From contig JAMOPO010000027.1 of the NCBI GenBank assembly GCA_027064425.1, forward strand, positions 64,001-128,000: DNA of 64,000 nt, read 5' to 3'. Positions 29,131-38,400 of the stretch are shown here, in pieces; positions within the stretch are counted from its first letter, which is position 1; each line of letters begins with the position of its first letter. The DNA comes from Methanobacteriota archaeon (GTDB lineage: Archaea; JAADCQ01; Methanopyri; Methanopyrales; Methanopyraceae). The notes beneath the pieces are model-generated. The model was not told where the DNA came from and ran no database searches. It worked only from the letters and a program-made list of their open reading frames with translations. The position numbers were made by a program, and so were the translations under genes.

Positions 29131-30157
29131 GCGCATCGTCCGGCGCATCCACCGGGAGGCCGAGAAGCTCGACCGCGAGGTCTCCATCATGCACGTGTGC
29201 GGCTCGCACGAGCGGACAGTCGTAGAGCACGGTCTCCGGTCGCTCCTCCCGGAGAACGTGCGCCTCGTTTGCGGGCCGGGCTGCCCGGTCTGCGTGACTA
29301 CGGCCGGAGAGCTCGCGGCCGCCATCGAGGCGGCGGAGGACGGAATGGTCGTCTGCGCGTTCGGGGACGTGTACCGCGTCCCGACCCCGCGCGGCTCGCT
29401 CTCATCCTGCGACGGGGACGTCCGGGTGGTCCAGAGCGCGCGGCAGGCGGAGCAGATCGCCGAGTCGGAGGATCGGGACGTGCTCTACCTGGCGGTGGGG
29501 TTCGAGACCACGGCTCCGACGACCGCGGCCGTGCTGCTCGACGACCCGCCGTCGAACCTGTACGTGCTCTCGGCCCACCGGCTGATACCGCCCGTGATGG
29601 AGTGGCTGCTCGAGCAGGGCGAGTGCGAGATCGACGCGTTCATCTGCCCCGGGCACGTGTCCACGATCATCGGCGAGCGGCCCTACGAGCCGATCGCGGA
29701 GCGGGCGCCCTGCGTGATCGCGGGGTTCGAGCCCGAGGACGTGCTCATCGCGGTCCTCGCGTGCCTCAGGATGGTCCGGCGGGGCGAGACCGGCCTGGTT
29801 AACGAGTACACGCGGGCGGTGAGGCCGGAGGGGAACCGGGTGGCGCTGAGGGCCATGGAGCGGGCCTTCGAGCCGGAGGACCGGCCGTGGCGTGGATTCC
29901 CCACGATCCCGGAGTCCGGGCTGGCGCTGCGGGAGGAGCTCTCCGAACACGACGCAAGCGAGGCCGGGATCGAGCCGGACTTTAGCATCGGCGCGCACGA
30001 GAGGTGCATCTGCGACCGAATCCTGCGAGGCCTCGCCACGCCCGAGGACTGCCCACTCTTCGGCAGGGAGTGCACGCCGACCAACCCGGTGGGCCCGTGC
30101 ATGGTCTCTGAGGAGGGGCCCTGCTTCATCAAGTACCGGTTCGGCGGAGGTGCGTGA
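29108..30157 (+). CDS. hypD: Hydrogenase formation protein
   Basis: MHVCGSH, GPGCPVC, GFETT, PGHVS, C-terminal CPLFGRECTP..GPCMVSEEGPC. Confidence 0.96.
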   Translation: MERRRMVERIVRRIHREAEKLDREVSIMHVCGSHERTVVEHGLRSLLPENVRLVCGPGCPVCVTTAGELAAAIEAAEDGMVVCAFGDVYRVPTPRGSLSSCDGDVRVVQSARQAEQIAESEDRDVLYLAVGFETTAPTTAAVLLDDPPSNLYVLSAHRLIPPVMEWLLEQGECEIDAFICPGHVSTIIGERPYEPIAERAPCVIAGFEPEDVLIAVLACLRMVRRGETGLVNEYTRAVRPEGNRVALRAMERAFEPEDRPWRGFPTIPESGLALREELSEHDASEAGIEPDFSIGAHERCICDRILRGLATPEDCPLFGRECTPTNPVGPCMVSEEGPCFIKYRFGGGA

Positions 30158-30889
30158 ATGAGCGTTGATCATTGGCTGAGACGCCTGGAGAAGGCCCTGC
30201 GAGACGGCGAGAGGGATCGAATCCTGGACCCGGCCGCGGCCGTCGGCCTGGTGGTCTTCGCCCCCGTCGTCTCGACATCCGCCGTGGTGGTCACGGCGGC
30301 CGGATTCCTACGCGTCTCCGGTGCCTCCATCGGTCGGGCCGGGGACCTGGCGATACCGCTCGGGCTGCTGAACTTGGTGGTCTCCTTCGCGGTCGTGAAC
30401 GCCGTGCTCGCGTACCTGCTCGTGCGCGGGGTCAACTTCCATCTCGAGCGCTCGGAGCGGTTCTTCCGCGCGCTGGCTGAGGTGCTGTACGAGGCGGGGA
30501 TGATTTCGAGGCGGCGCTACCTCACCGTGACGCGCAAGCTGGGCGAGCTGGCGCGGGTCGAGAGGATGGACGAGATCCTGTGGGCGGTGGCGGGCCTGGT
30601 CACGCTCGGTCTCTCGTGCCTGTACGTCCTGTGCCGGGTGTACTGGCGCATGCACCGGCACGAGCGGAAAGAGGTCGCGATAGTGGAGTTGCTCGGGGAG
30701 CACCTCGAGGCGGGCCTGGAGATGCGACGGTGCGTGTCGTACGAGGGGGTGGGCTCGTACGCCCTGCTCTCCCTGCTCCTGCCACCGGTGTACCCGCTGC
30801 TCGTTTACCGCGTGTTCCGGGACCTGGACAGGCACCTCGCGGCCCACCGAGCGTTCGAGCGGGAGCTGGTCGAGCGGGTCTTCTCGTAG
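30158..30889 (+). CDS. Hypothetical membrane protein (DUF4234-like repeats)
   Basis: Several TM segments each followed by a His-containing amphipathic helix. Confidence 0.6.
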   Translation: MSVDHWLRRLEKALRDGERDRILDPAAAVGLVVFAPVVSTSAVVVTAAGFLRVSGASIGRAGDLAIPLGLLNLVVSFAVVNAVLAYLLVRGVNFHLERSERFFRALAEVLYEAGMISRRRYLTVTRKLGELARVERMDEILWAVAGLVTLGLSCLYVLCRVYWRMHRHERKEVAIVELLGEHLEAGLEMRRCVSYEGVGSYALLSLLLPPVYPLLVYRVFRDLDRHLAAHRAFERELVERVFS

Positions 30890-30904
30890 CCCGTCGTCTC
30901 CGGC

Positions 30905-32014
30905 TCACTCGCAGGCCTCCCGCCAGCGCTCGTACACTTCCTCGCACTTCCTCACCATGTCCTCCGGGGTCACCTCCCCGCGCGTCTTGAGGGCGGCCGC
31001 CAGCTGAGCCCCGCCGGCCCCGACCCCCTCCTTCACGTACCCTTTCTCGTACAGGGTGAACCCCCGGTACTTGGACTCCGAAAACCCCGGGTCGGCGGAG
31101 AACAGGGCGAACTCTCCCACCTGACTCAGCAGGTCCTGGATGTCGGAGTCCTCGTCCTCGACCACGTACTTGGTGGTGCCCACGAACACGCGACCGGGGT
31201 CGTACTCTCCCTCCTCAGACAGGCACGCGAGGATGGGTGCCATCTGCGTCCCACCGGCCAGCAGGACCGGGACCTTGGACCCCTTGATGATCCCGATCAC
31301 CGCGGGCATCATCGGGTCGCCGAACCGGCGGATGGCCTCGTGCGGGTCCACGTCTCCCGGCTCCACGCCCTGCGCTTCGAGCCCCTCGCGCACGACCCTC
31401 TCCTTGATCTCGTGCGGGGTCTCGTGCGAGCTGCTCGCGAATCGGCCGCTGACCTCGTACCCGAGCGCGGCCATCACCGCCATCGCAGTGGTCGTGCCGC
31501 CCGGCACGCTCTCCCCCACGGTCAGGAAGCCCACGTCCCGGCTCAGCTCGCGACCCAGGAGCCTCCCCGCCTCGATCAGGTCCTCGTACGTGTTCTCGGA
31601 CAGCGCCGGACCCTTCCGGAAGTCCCGAGCCACCTCCCCGCCGAGGTCAATGCAGGGGCACGCGGGCTCCACGGCAACGCCGGCGTCGGCGGGAAGGAAG
31701 GGGATCGAGGCCAGCTCCATGGCCGCCCGGGTGATCACGGCGGGGGAGGGCGCTCCCGACGGGTTCTGCGGAACGTCCTCCGCGTTCACGATCCGGTCCA
31801 GGCAGATCAGCTCCACGTCCCCGGCGGGCGTGTGTAGCGTTAGCTCCGGCGTTCTCCCGGCCGCGGAGATCCCCGGAATCAGGCTGATCTCCGTGTTCCC
31901 GATCACGCATATCAGGACCGTGCGCTCCCCTAAGCACGCCCGAAGGGCGTCGCGAACGGCCCTCCGGCTCCCGTAGGCTCGTATTCCCGGGAGCACCTCC
32001 CCCAGGCCGGTCAA
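30905..32014 (-). CDS. cobT: Archaeal nicotinate-nucleotide-dependent phosphoribosyltransferase
   Basis: IPGISAAG, PSPAVITRA, GESVPGGTTTA, GDPM, LAGGTQM, YEKGYVKEGVGAGG; TTG 32014. Confidence 0.88.
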   Translation of the reverse strand: MTGLGEVLPGIRAYGSRRAVRDALRACLGERTVLICVIGNTEISLIPGISAAGRTPELTLHTPAGDVELICLDRIVNAEDVPQNPSGAPSPAVITRAAMELASIPFLPADAGVAVEPACPCIDLGGEVARDFRKGPALSENTYEDLIEAGRLLGRELSRDVGFLTVGESVPGGTTTAMAVMAALGYEVSGRFASSSHETPHEIKERVVREGLEAQGVEPGDVDPHEAIRRFGDPMMPAVIGIIKGSKVPVLLAGGTQMAPILACLSEEGEYDPGRVFVGTTKYVVEDEDSDIQDLLSQVGEFALFSADPGFSESKYRGFTLYEKGYVKEGVGAGGAQLAAALKTRGEVTPEDMVRKCEEVYERWREACE

Positions 32015-32967
32015 ACGACCCACTCCCGAGGCAGGTTGGTGAGCACCTCGCACCCGTCCCTTCGAACGACCGCCATCTCCTCCACCCGAACCCCGAACCG
32101 CTCGGAGTACAGGGCCGGCTCGACGGTTATTACGGCCCCTTCCGGCAGCTCGCCGGTCAGCCTACCCTCGTGAACGGCTACCCCGACGTGGTGGCCGAGA
32201 CTGTGCGGGAACTCGAAGTCCTGGAACTCGTCCTCCATCTCCTTCCGGACACGCTCCTCGATCTCTTTGGGGTTCACCCCGGCCTTGAGCTCGTCCAGGG
32301 CTTCCTCCAGGGCCTCACAGACGGTCTCGAGCACCGGGACCGCGTCGCCGTCCCGCGCGCATACGGTCCGGGTGACGTCCGTGCAGTAAACGCACTTCAA
32401 GCCGAAATCGACTAGCATCACGTGGTCCCACTCCCTCCGGCGAGGGTCGGGGTGATGGTGGGGGACGCCGGCCCCCTCGTCGTAGCCGACGATGGGATCG
32501 AAGGCGGGCTTGGCGCCGATCTCAACGGAGGTCCTCGCAAGCTCGCCGGCCACCTCACTCTCGCTCCGGCCCTCCGCGGGTATGAGGGATCTCATGACGT
32601 CCTCGGTGATCCTCACCAGCTCCTGGATCACCTCCACCTCCTCTTTCGTTTTGGAGAGCTTAACGTTCTGGACCCGGTCCGACACCTTCAGCCGGTAGCA
32701 CGGCACGTGCTTGGGGGCCCGGTCGGAGTCGCTCACCCGCGCCGGCCTCAGGTCGCCGGCCCGGTCACGCTCGACTACCTCAACCTCCTCCGGCACGGGC
32801 CACTCACGGACGGCGCTGAGGTCCATTTTCGGGACGACGAGGACGTACTCTTCCGCCTCGAAGTCGGCGTAAAACGCCAGGCCGGGGAAGTGGGCCGCCC
32901 ACTCCACGCTGTCGCGCCGGACCAGCGCGCACCGCTCGCCGTTGCAGGCCTCCTCAAGCCTCCTCAT
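32011..32967 (-). CDS. Xaa-Pro aminopeptidase (M24)
   Basis: PHH, VDFG..YCTDVTRT, HSLGHHVG..VHE, TVEP, GVRVEE; start uncertain (32967 or 33051). Confidence 0.88.
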   Translation of the reverse strand: MRRLEEACNGERCALVRRDSVEWAAHFPGLAFYADFEAEEYVLVVPKMDLSAVREWPVPEEVEVVERDRAGDLRPARVSDSDRAPKHVPCYRLKVSDRVQNVKLSKTKEEVEVIQELVRITEDVMRSLIPAEGRSESEVAGELARTSVEIGAKPAFDPIVGYDEGAGVPHHHPDPRRREWDHVMLVDFGLKCVYCTDVTRTVCARDGDAVPVLETVCEALEEALDELKAGVNPKEIEERVRKEMEDEFQDFEFPHSLGHHVGVAVHEGRLTGELPEGAVITVEPALYSERFGVRVEEMAVVRRDGCEVLTNLPREWVV

Positions 32968-33904
32968 CTTCGCCCGGAATAATCTCCTCCGGCTCAGCCT
33001 CTCCTTCACCTTCTCCAACCTCTTCCTCAGCCTCCGCTTCCTCTCCTCCATCCTCCCCAGCGCCCTCGTCCCGCCTCGAGAGCTCCATCGTGGACTTGTA
33101 AATCCGAAGAACCTCGAGCGCGTCCTCTCGGGACGGGGCGGCCATCCTACGCTTTCCCACGACCACCTCGATGCCGATGGTCTCGCCGATCTCCTCCACC
33201 ACCTCCGGCTCCAGGTCGCCGGGGGACAGCCCGACCTCTCGGCAGAGGTCCTCGAGCTCCATTGGAACCAGCAGGTCCTCGCGGTCCTTGAGCTTCTCTC
33301 GGAGGCGCTCCACCTCGTCCCGCAGACGCTCGACCTCCTCCTCTAACCGCTCCTTCTCCTCCTCCAGCTCACGGCGCTCCTCCGACACCTCCTCGAGCTC
33401 TTCCCGGAGCTCCTCGAGCTCCTCCTCTTTCTCCTCCAGGCTCTCCTCCAGCTCCTCGAGCTCCTCCACGCGCTCGCGGAGCTCCTCCAGCTCCTCGCGC
33501 ATTTTCTTGAGCTTAACCAGGCCCTTGAGCCCGGCCCGGATGAGGGCGTTGCGGAGCTCCTTCTCCACGATGTCCAGGTTGACGTGCTCCACGTCGTGAC
33601 CGATTGGCATCTTCACCCGCTCGACGTGCCCGACGAGGTCCTTGAGCTCCTCCTTGAACTCGCTGGCCAGCTTCCTTCCCGGCTTGTCGGCGTCGGTGGC
33701 GATGAGGACCACGTCGGCGCCGTCGGCCGCGCGGCGGGCGATGTGAGGGTGCGTGGTGGGGATGATGGAGGTGATGGTGACGTTGAACTCGCCGCCGAGG
33801 GCCATGCGCTGGAGGACCTTGGAGACTACCTCCGCGTCGGCGGCCCCCTCGACGATCACTCGCACGTCGACGGGCGATCGCTTCCGCTCGCGCTTAGGTG
33901 GCAT
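32954..33904 (-). CDS. TOPRIM-domain protein with long acidic coiled coil (COG4026-like)
   Basis: VDVRVIVEGAAD, IATDADKPG, GHDVE, EL-rich heptad stretch. Confidence 0.82.
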   Translation of the reverse strand: MPPKRERKRSPVDVRVIVEGAADAEVVSKVLQRMALGGEFNVTITSIIPTTHPHIARRAADGADVVLIATDADKPGRKLASEFKEELKDLVGHVERVKMPIGHDVEHVNLDIVEKELRNALIRAGLKGLVKLKKMREELEELRERVEELEELEESLEEKEEELEELREELEEVSEERRELEEEKERLEEEVERLRDEVERLREKLKDREDLLVPMELEDLCREVGLSPGDLEPEVVEEIGETIGIEVVVGKRRMAAPSREDALEVLRIYKSTMELSRRDEGAGEDGGEEAEAEEEVGEGEGEAEPEEIIPGEDEEA

Positions 33905-33916
33905 GCCGGGCCTCCC

Positions 33917-34105
33917 TTACCGTCGCCGCTGCCGGTTGACCTTCTTGTTCTGCCAGTTGTACTTCCGCATCCGCCGCGAGCGCCCGAACCCGCAGGCGGC
34001 GCAGTACCCCTTTCTCACGTGGTAAGCTCGGCGACCGCACCGGCGGCACCTAACGTGGGTCTTCGTCTTGTTACGCTTGCCAAACGAGGGCGTGCCCTTG
34101 GACAA
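33917..34105 (-). CDS. rpl37e: 50S ribosomal protein L37e
   Basis: [30 protein letters not shown]. Confidence 0.97.
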   Translation of the reverse strand: MSKGTPSFGKRNKTKTHVRCRRCGRRAYHVRKGYCAACGFGRSRRMRKYNWQNKKVNRQRRR

Positions 34106-34124
34106 GGGTTACCACCCCCTCCGC

Positions 34125-34346
34125 CTACCCGACCTCCGCGGGGGATATTAAGGTCACACTGTCACCACGGACGAGCACGCGTCCGAGCCGGACCTCGGAG
34201 TCGCCCGAGATCTCGACGCAGTCATCCAGAACGAGGTTCAAGTGCCCATCGAAGGATACGAGCCGACCGCGGAGCGTCTTCCCGGTCTTCAGCTCCACGA
34301 TCACGATGTCGTCCAAAAAATCCCGCAGGGCGTCGTGCGGCCTCAA
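34125..34346 (-). CDS. Sm-like (LSm/SmAP1) protein
   Basis: TTG 34346; RPHDAL, VELK.G..LRGRLVSFDGHLNLVL, LVRGDSVTLISP; conserved Sm-rpl37e synteny. Confidence 0.93.
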   Translation of the reverse strand: MRPHDALRDFLDDIVIVELKTGKTLRGRLVSFDGHLNLVLDDCVEISGDSEVRLGRVLVRGDSVTLISPAEVG

Positions 34347-34394
34347 CGGGGCTACTACCCCCGTTCGGATCACGGGTGGGGGGAGAAGCGCGAC

Positions 34395-34901
34395 ATGAAG
34401 GTTTCTCGGAGGCATCCGGTGTCGGAGAAGGAGTTGATGAAGGTGTTGGACAGCGTTAGGGAGGCGGTTGGAGTCGATCTCGAGGGGCCGCTGGAGGGGG
34501 AGGACATCGTCGAGCTGGGGCACGTCAAGGAGTCGGACGTAGAGCGGATAATCATCGCGAAGGGTAAGGTAATGGCGTTCGAGATCGAGGGGCTGTGGCT
34601 GCCGACCCTCCACCCGCTCCTAGAGATGGAGCCCGAGGATGTCGGGCACGCGGTGCTTGTGGACATGGGGGCGGTGAAGCCGATCGCCTCGGGCGCGGAC
34701 GTCATGGTGCCCGGGATCGTGGAGGTTCGCGGGGAGTTCGAGGAAGGGGACGGCGTGGTCGTCATGGACGAGCGGAACCAGCGGCCGTTGGCGGTGGGCA
34801 TCGCCCGGTTCGGGGCGTCAGAAATCGAGGAGAGGGATCGAGGACGGGCGATCAAGAACGTGCATCACGTCGGGGACGATCTCTGGGAGGCGCGGTTCTA
34901 G
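34395..34901 (+). CDS. PUA-domain RNA-binding protein (MCT-1/DUF1947-like)
   Basis: LPTL, VDMGAVKPIASGADVMVPGI, GRAIKNVHHVGDDLW. Confidence 0.9.
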   Translation: MKVSRRHPVSEKELMKVLDSVREAVGVDLEGPLEGEDIVELGHVKESDVERIIIAKGKVMAFEIEGLWLPTLHPLLEMEPEDVGHAVLVDMGAVKPIASGADVMVPGIVEVRGEFEEGDGVVVMDERNQRPLAVGIARFGASEIEERDRGRAIKNVHHVGDDLWEARF

Positions 34902-34902
34902 C

Positions 34903-35706
34903 TCACCGCTTACCGAACAGTCCCTTGATGATCCTGGACAGGATGCCCTCCTTGTCCGGGACCTCGATCTCGTACTCGATGCCGAGCAGCTCCGCGGCCA
35001 GCTTCTTGAACGCCTGAGCGGCCGCCGACTTGGGGCTGCGCACCACCACCGGCTCGCCGAACGCCGCGGCGCGGCGCACCTCGGGGTCCTCGGGGATCTC
35101 GGCCAGGACCTTGGTCTCGAGGATCTTCTCGATCTCTTCTTTCGTGAGCTCGGTCTTGTCCTTGGTCACCCGGTTAACGGCGGTTCCGGTGACCTCCGTT
35201 CCGACCCGCTCGGCGACCGCCTTGACCTTGAGCGCGTCGGTGATCGAGGCGATCTCGGGGTTAACGACCAGCAGGCACTCGGTCGAGGCTGAGAGGGCTG
35301 TCAGGGCGTCGCGGCCCAGCCCCGCCGGACCGTCGATGAGCAGGAAGTCGGCCTGGTCGACGATCCACTCCACCACGTCCCGGAGCCGCTCCGGGTTGGC
35401 CTTCCGGATGCCCTCCAGCGAGATCCCGGCCGGAACAACTTTCACGCCTTTGGGACCCTCATACACGGCCTCCTCGACCTCGGCCTCGCCGGCCAGCACG
35501 TCGTGCAGGGTCACGGGCGCGTCCTCCATCTGAAGAATCAGACCCAGGTTGGCCATGGCGATGTCCGCGTCCAGGATGAACACCTCCCCATCCATATCCG
35601 CGAGCGCGGTGCCCAGGTTGGCGGTCACGGTCGTCTTGCCGGTTCCGCCCTTACCCGACGCGATGCAGATGACCCTGCAGCCCTCCCTTTCCTCGGACTC
35701 AGCCAA
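34903..35706 (-). CDS. minD: MinD-family ATPase with C-terminal amphipathic membrane-targeting helix
   Basis: [35 protein letters not shown], tail [14 protein letters not shown]. Confidence 0.93.
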   Translation of the reverse strand: MAESEEREGCRVICIASGKGGTGKTTVTANLGTALADMDGEVFILDADIAMANLGLILQMEDAPVTLHDVLAGEAEVEEAVYEGPKGVKVVPAGISLEGIRKANPERLRDVVEWIVDQADFLLIDGPAGLGRDALTALSASTECLLVVNPEIASITDALKVKAVAERVGTEVTGTAVNRVTKDKTELTKEEIEKILETKVLAEIPEDPEVRRAAAFGEPVVVRSPKSAAAQAFKKLAAELLGIEYEIEVPDKEGILSRIIKGLFGKR

Positions 35707-35711
35707 GCTCG

Positions 35712-36590
35712 CTACCCCTCCTCTGAGGGCTTAGCCTTGGACTTGGAAGCTGACGTCTCGGCGGTGAGGTCGATGAGACCCTCCAGGCTGGACGCGAGGG
35801 ACTTGGCAACTTTTTCACACTCTTCGTCAACCTCCTCCAAGTCTGACTCGACGACGAAGGCGACTAAGACATCCTTATAGGGTTTTACCGCCAGAGTTTC
35901 CCCGGAATCGGTCGTGAGCTTTACCCACTCCAGTTCCCCTACCAAGTGCTCGTCCAAGAAGTCCGCCAACCTGCTGACCTCAGCGGCGATTCGGTCCGGA
36001 TTGGATACTCCAGACGAGGCGACCACGAGTCCCTGCCTGTCGGTCACCACGTACGGGGTGTCCGTCTCCTCGGTCGAGGCCGGGAGACTCGCGGACTCTA
36101 TCACCATGCTGAGGTCGTTCCTTAACATGAATATGTCCGCATCCGAGGGCGTTGTCTTGGTCTCGCAGATCGCAATGCTGTCGTTGATCTTGACCGCTAG
36201 GTAATTCGGTCCCTCGCTCTCGGACGACACGATGATCGTGTCCGCGGTCTCAGCGGCCTCGAACACGCTCCTAAGCGCCTCGATGAGCTCGGTCTCGAAC
36301 GACCCACCACCGGACATCCCGATGGGCTTCCCGTCCCTGTCGATGACCACCATCCGCTCGAACCCGAAGTACTCCCTGAGCTCGCTGAGCGCCTTGGACA
36401 TGTCGCGCTTGGCCGTCTCCACCAGCTCGTCCGGCTCCAGCTGCTTAGACGCTATCTGGAGGGCGCGCTGGAGTGCCTCCTCCCTGACCTCCCGAGCCTC
36501 TTCCTCTGGGAGCCTCTCCTCAGTACCCTCCTCCCCTCTCCTGAAGAGCCGCTTGAACTTACCCACTATGCGAGCCACGATGTTCAGCAC
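35712..36590 (-). CDS. Hypothetical protein with N-terminal amphipathic helix and two roadblock-like repeats
   Basis: [19 protein letters not shown]; repeats [12 protein letters not shown] and [13 protein letters not shown] resemble the roadblock (LV)VSSDGLIIA strand-turn. Confidence 0.65.
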   Translation of the reverse strand: MLNIVARIVGKFKRLFRRGEEGTEERLPEEEAREVREEALQRALQIASKQLEPDELVETAKRDMSKALSELREYFGFERMVVIDRDGKPIGMSGGGSFETELIEALRSVFEAAETADTIIVSSESEGPNYLAVKINDSIAICETKTTPSDADIFMLRNDLSMVIESASLPASTEETDTPYVVTDRQGLVVASSGVSNPDRIAAEVSRLADFLDEHLVGELEWVKLTTDSGETLAVKPYKDVLVAFVVESDLEEVDEECEKVAKSLASSLEGLIDLTAETSASKSKAKPSEEG

Positions 36591-36593
36591 CCT

Positions 36594-36641
36594 AAAACCT
36601 CCTCCGAGTCGTTTGAAGGGATTTGGAGGGAGGAGGAAAGG
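36594..36641 (-). promoter_or_regulatory. Inverted repeat occluding the RBS of the tandem-roadblock gene
   Basis: mRNA: UAA CCUUUCCUCCUCC..GGAGGAGG UUUUAGG GUG; CCTCCTCC 36598-36605 pairs with GGAGGAGG 36629-36636. Confidence 0.55.
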
Positions 36642-36989
36642 TTATAGCTGCTTGGCGATCTCCTCCGCCGCCTCCTGCGCCCTCAGCCGAATGAGACCCA
36701 GGTTGGCGTCGGGGTCGGTGATTAGGACCAGCGTCGCCTCGTCGCTGATCGCAATGATCATCACTTTACCCTCGGACGACTCGATGAGCATCTGCTCCAG
36801 CTCGCCGAGATCCATCTCGTCGACGACTCGCTCTCCCGAACCGTACACCGTGGTGGCGATGGCTCCCACTACCTCCGAGTCGATGTCCGGCGGCACCGCT
36901 TCGGCGATGATCAGACCGTCGCTCGAGACGACCAGCGAGCCGTGCACACCGTCCACGCGGTTCAGATCCGCCAGCACCTTCTCGATCAA
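36642..36989 (-). CDS. Roadblock/LC7 (MglB-like) protein
   Basis: LNRVDGVHGSLVVSSDGLIIA..VGAIATTVYGSGER..LGELEQMLIESSEGK..NLGLIRL. Confidence 0.93.
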   Translation of the reverse strand: MIEKVLADLNRVDGVHGSLVVSSDGLIIAEAVPPDIDSEVVGAIATTVYGSGERVVDEMDLGELEQMLIESSEGKVMIIAISDEATLVLITDPDANLGLIRLRAQEAAEEIAKQL

Positions 36990-37019
36990 GCCGGACGACC
37001 CCCGGCGCTGAGTGCCGGG

Positions 37020-37046
37020 ACTTAACGCTCAAATAAGGCTTAATTG
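37020..37046. promoter_or_regulatory. AT-rich divergent promoter region
   Basis: CTTAAC / AAATAAGGCTTAATT between divergent operons. Confidence 0.5.
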
Positions 37047-37067
37047 CTTTGGGCCGGGGGGACCGCC

Positions 37068-37916
37068 GTGGGCGCGCTGACGGTGACGATTTCGGCCCTC
37101 TCGACCCTACTGCTCGCGGCCCTCGCCTACACGGTCGGGACGGCGGGCCGAATGCTTGGGTCTCCGGCGGTCGCCATCGGCGGGTCCGCCGCCCTTGGGG
37201 TCGCGGCCGGGGCGTTCCTCATCGTTCCGGCGCTCACGGACCTGCCGGGGGTCGTGGCGGAGTTCTGGAGCGAGCAACCGCTGCTGGCCAAAGTGACCGC
37301 CACCCCCTCCGACCTCCCCTCGGCCCTAAAGGAGCTGCGGAGGCACGGGGCGAGACCGGTCGGGTCCGAAGTGACCGTGGAGCTCACGTTGGGGGAGCCG
37401 GTGGACCCGGAGCGGCAGCGCTGGATCGAGCGGAAAGTTCGGGTCGCGTTCCCCGGGATCGGCAGTGCCCGGTTCGCCTCACCGAGCAAGCTGGTGCTGA
37501 CGCTGGACACCAGGCGGGTTAAACTTGAGGACGTGCCTAAGCTGGTCGACAGGGTTTCGGGGTGGATCACCTACACGAGCGGGTACGTGGTGGTCGGTGC
37601 TTCAGCGACCGTGAAGGTTCGGGCGCGGCGGAGCGCGCTGTCCGACGTGCAGGAGAGGTTCCGTGGCCTGGTCAACGTGAGCGTCCTGTTCGACCCGTCG
37701 CGGGTGGTGAAGCAGAGGGTGGCCCGATGCATCCCGGCCCCGGCCACGGCCCTGGCGACGACGGTGGGCGCGTTCGTGCTGCTGGGGGTCGCCGGGTGGC
37801 ACGGCGCGGTCGGTCGGGTAGTGGGGATTATCAGAAGGAAGGTTAGGGAGCTCGAGATTGAGCGCCGGCGGAGGAGGGTAGTGAGGCTTGGTAAGGCTGG
37901 TGAGGTTCAGCGCTGA
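37068..37916 (+). CDS. Hypothetical membrane protein with extracytoplasmic domain
   Basis: Two N-terminal TMs, soluble middle, C-terminal TM and basic tail; GTG 37068 after GGGGGGA. Confidence 0.6.
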   Translation: MGALTVTISALSTLLLAALAYTVGTAGRMLGSPAVAIGGSAALGVAAGAFLIVPALTDLPGVVAEFWSEQPLLAKVTATPSDLPSALKELRRHGARPVGSEVTVELTLGEPVDPERQRWIERKVRVAFPGIGSARFASPSKLVLTLDTRRVKLEDVPKLVDRVSGWITYTSGYVVVGASATVKVRARRSALSDVQERFRGLVNVSVLFDPSRVVKQRVARCIPAPATALATTVGAFVLLGVAGWHGAVGRVVGIIRRKVRELEIERRRRRVVRLGKAGEVQR

Positions 37917-38280
37917 CCTTCTCGACTCGCTGCTGGAGGCGAGCCGGGAGAACCACCCGAACGAGTTTTTCACGGTCCTGGGCGGAGAGGTGGACGGGGA
38001 CGAGATCGTCGTGGACTCGGTCCTGGTTGTCCCGTTCGAGGCGTCGGACACGGGGGCCGTGTTCGACCTGATGTCCGTGCACCTGAAGGGGGCGGTGGGG
38101 ACGTTCCACTCCCACCCCTCCGGGGACCCGGCCCCCTCGGAGGACGACTTAATGCTGTTCAAGCGGCTGGGTGCCGTGCACGCGATTGCGGCGTACCCGT
38201 ACCGTCGTCGGGACGTTCGCTTCTACGACAAATCCGGCAGAAATATAACCGAGCTGGTGGCTCTGGCGGACGACCGATGA
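37900..38280 (+). CDS. JAB/MPN (JAMM) metalloprotease
   Basis: HPNE..LGG, GTFHSHPSGDPAPSEDD JAMM motif. Confidence 0.9.
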   Translation: MRFSADLLDSLLEASRENHPNEFFTVLGGEVDGDEIVVDSVLVVPFEASDTGAVFDLMSVHLKGAVGTFHSHPSGDPAPSEDDLMLFKRLGAVHAIAAYPYRRRDVRFYDKSGRNITELVALADDR

Positions 38281-38337
38281 CGAGGCGAACAACCGCGGAT
38301 TCACGCTCATGAAGACCCTGCGACCACGCCGAGGCGG
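38273..38337 (+). ncRNA. C/D box sRNA candidate A (predicted 23S Um2552-equivalent guide)
   Basis: C ATGACGA (38277-83, contains JAB stop), guide GGCGAACAACCG, D' CGGA, C' ATGAAGA, guide CCCTGCGACCACG, D CCGA (38329-32). Confidence 0.8.
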
Positions 38338-38400
38338 GATGAAGAGATCGAGGTAGGCCGACCCCGGTCGGGTGAATGACGAGCCCTGGGGTACTTGACC
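38336..38400 (+). ncRNA. C/D box sRNA candidate B (predicted 23S Cm2498- and 2441-equivalent guides)
   Basis: C ATGAAGA (38339-45), guide GATCGAGGTAGG, D' CCGA, C' ATGACGA (38376-82), guide GCCCTGGGGTAC, D TTGA (38395-98). Confidence 0.8.

Noticed and set aside
33280-33520. Repetitive CTCCTC/GAGGAG tract
   Set aside because: Encodes the Glu/Leu coiled coil of the TOPRIM protein; no repeat-spacer structure, not CRISPR
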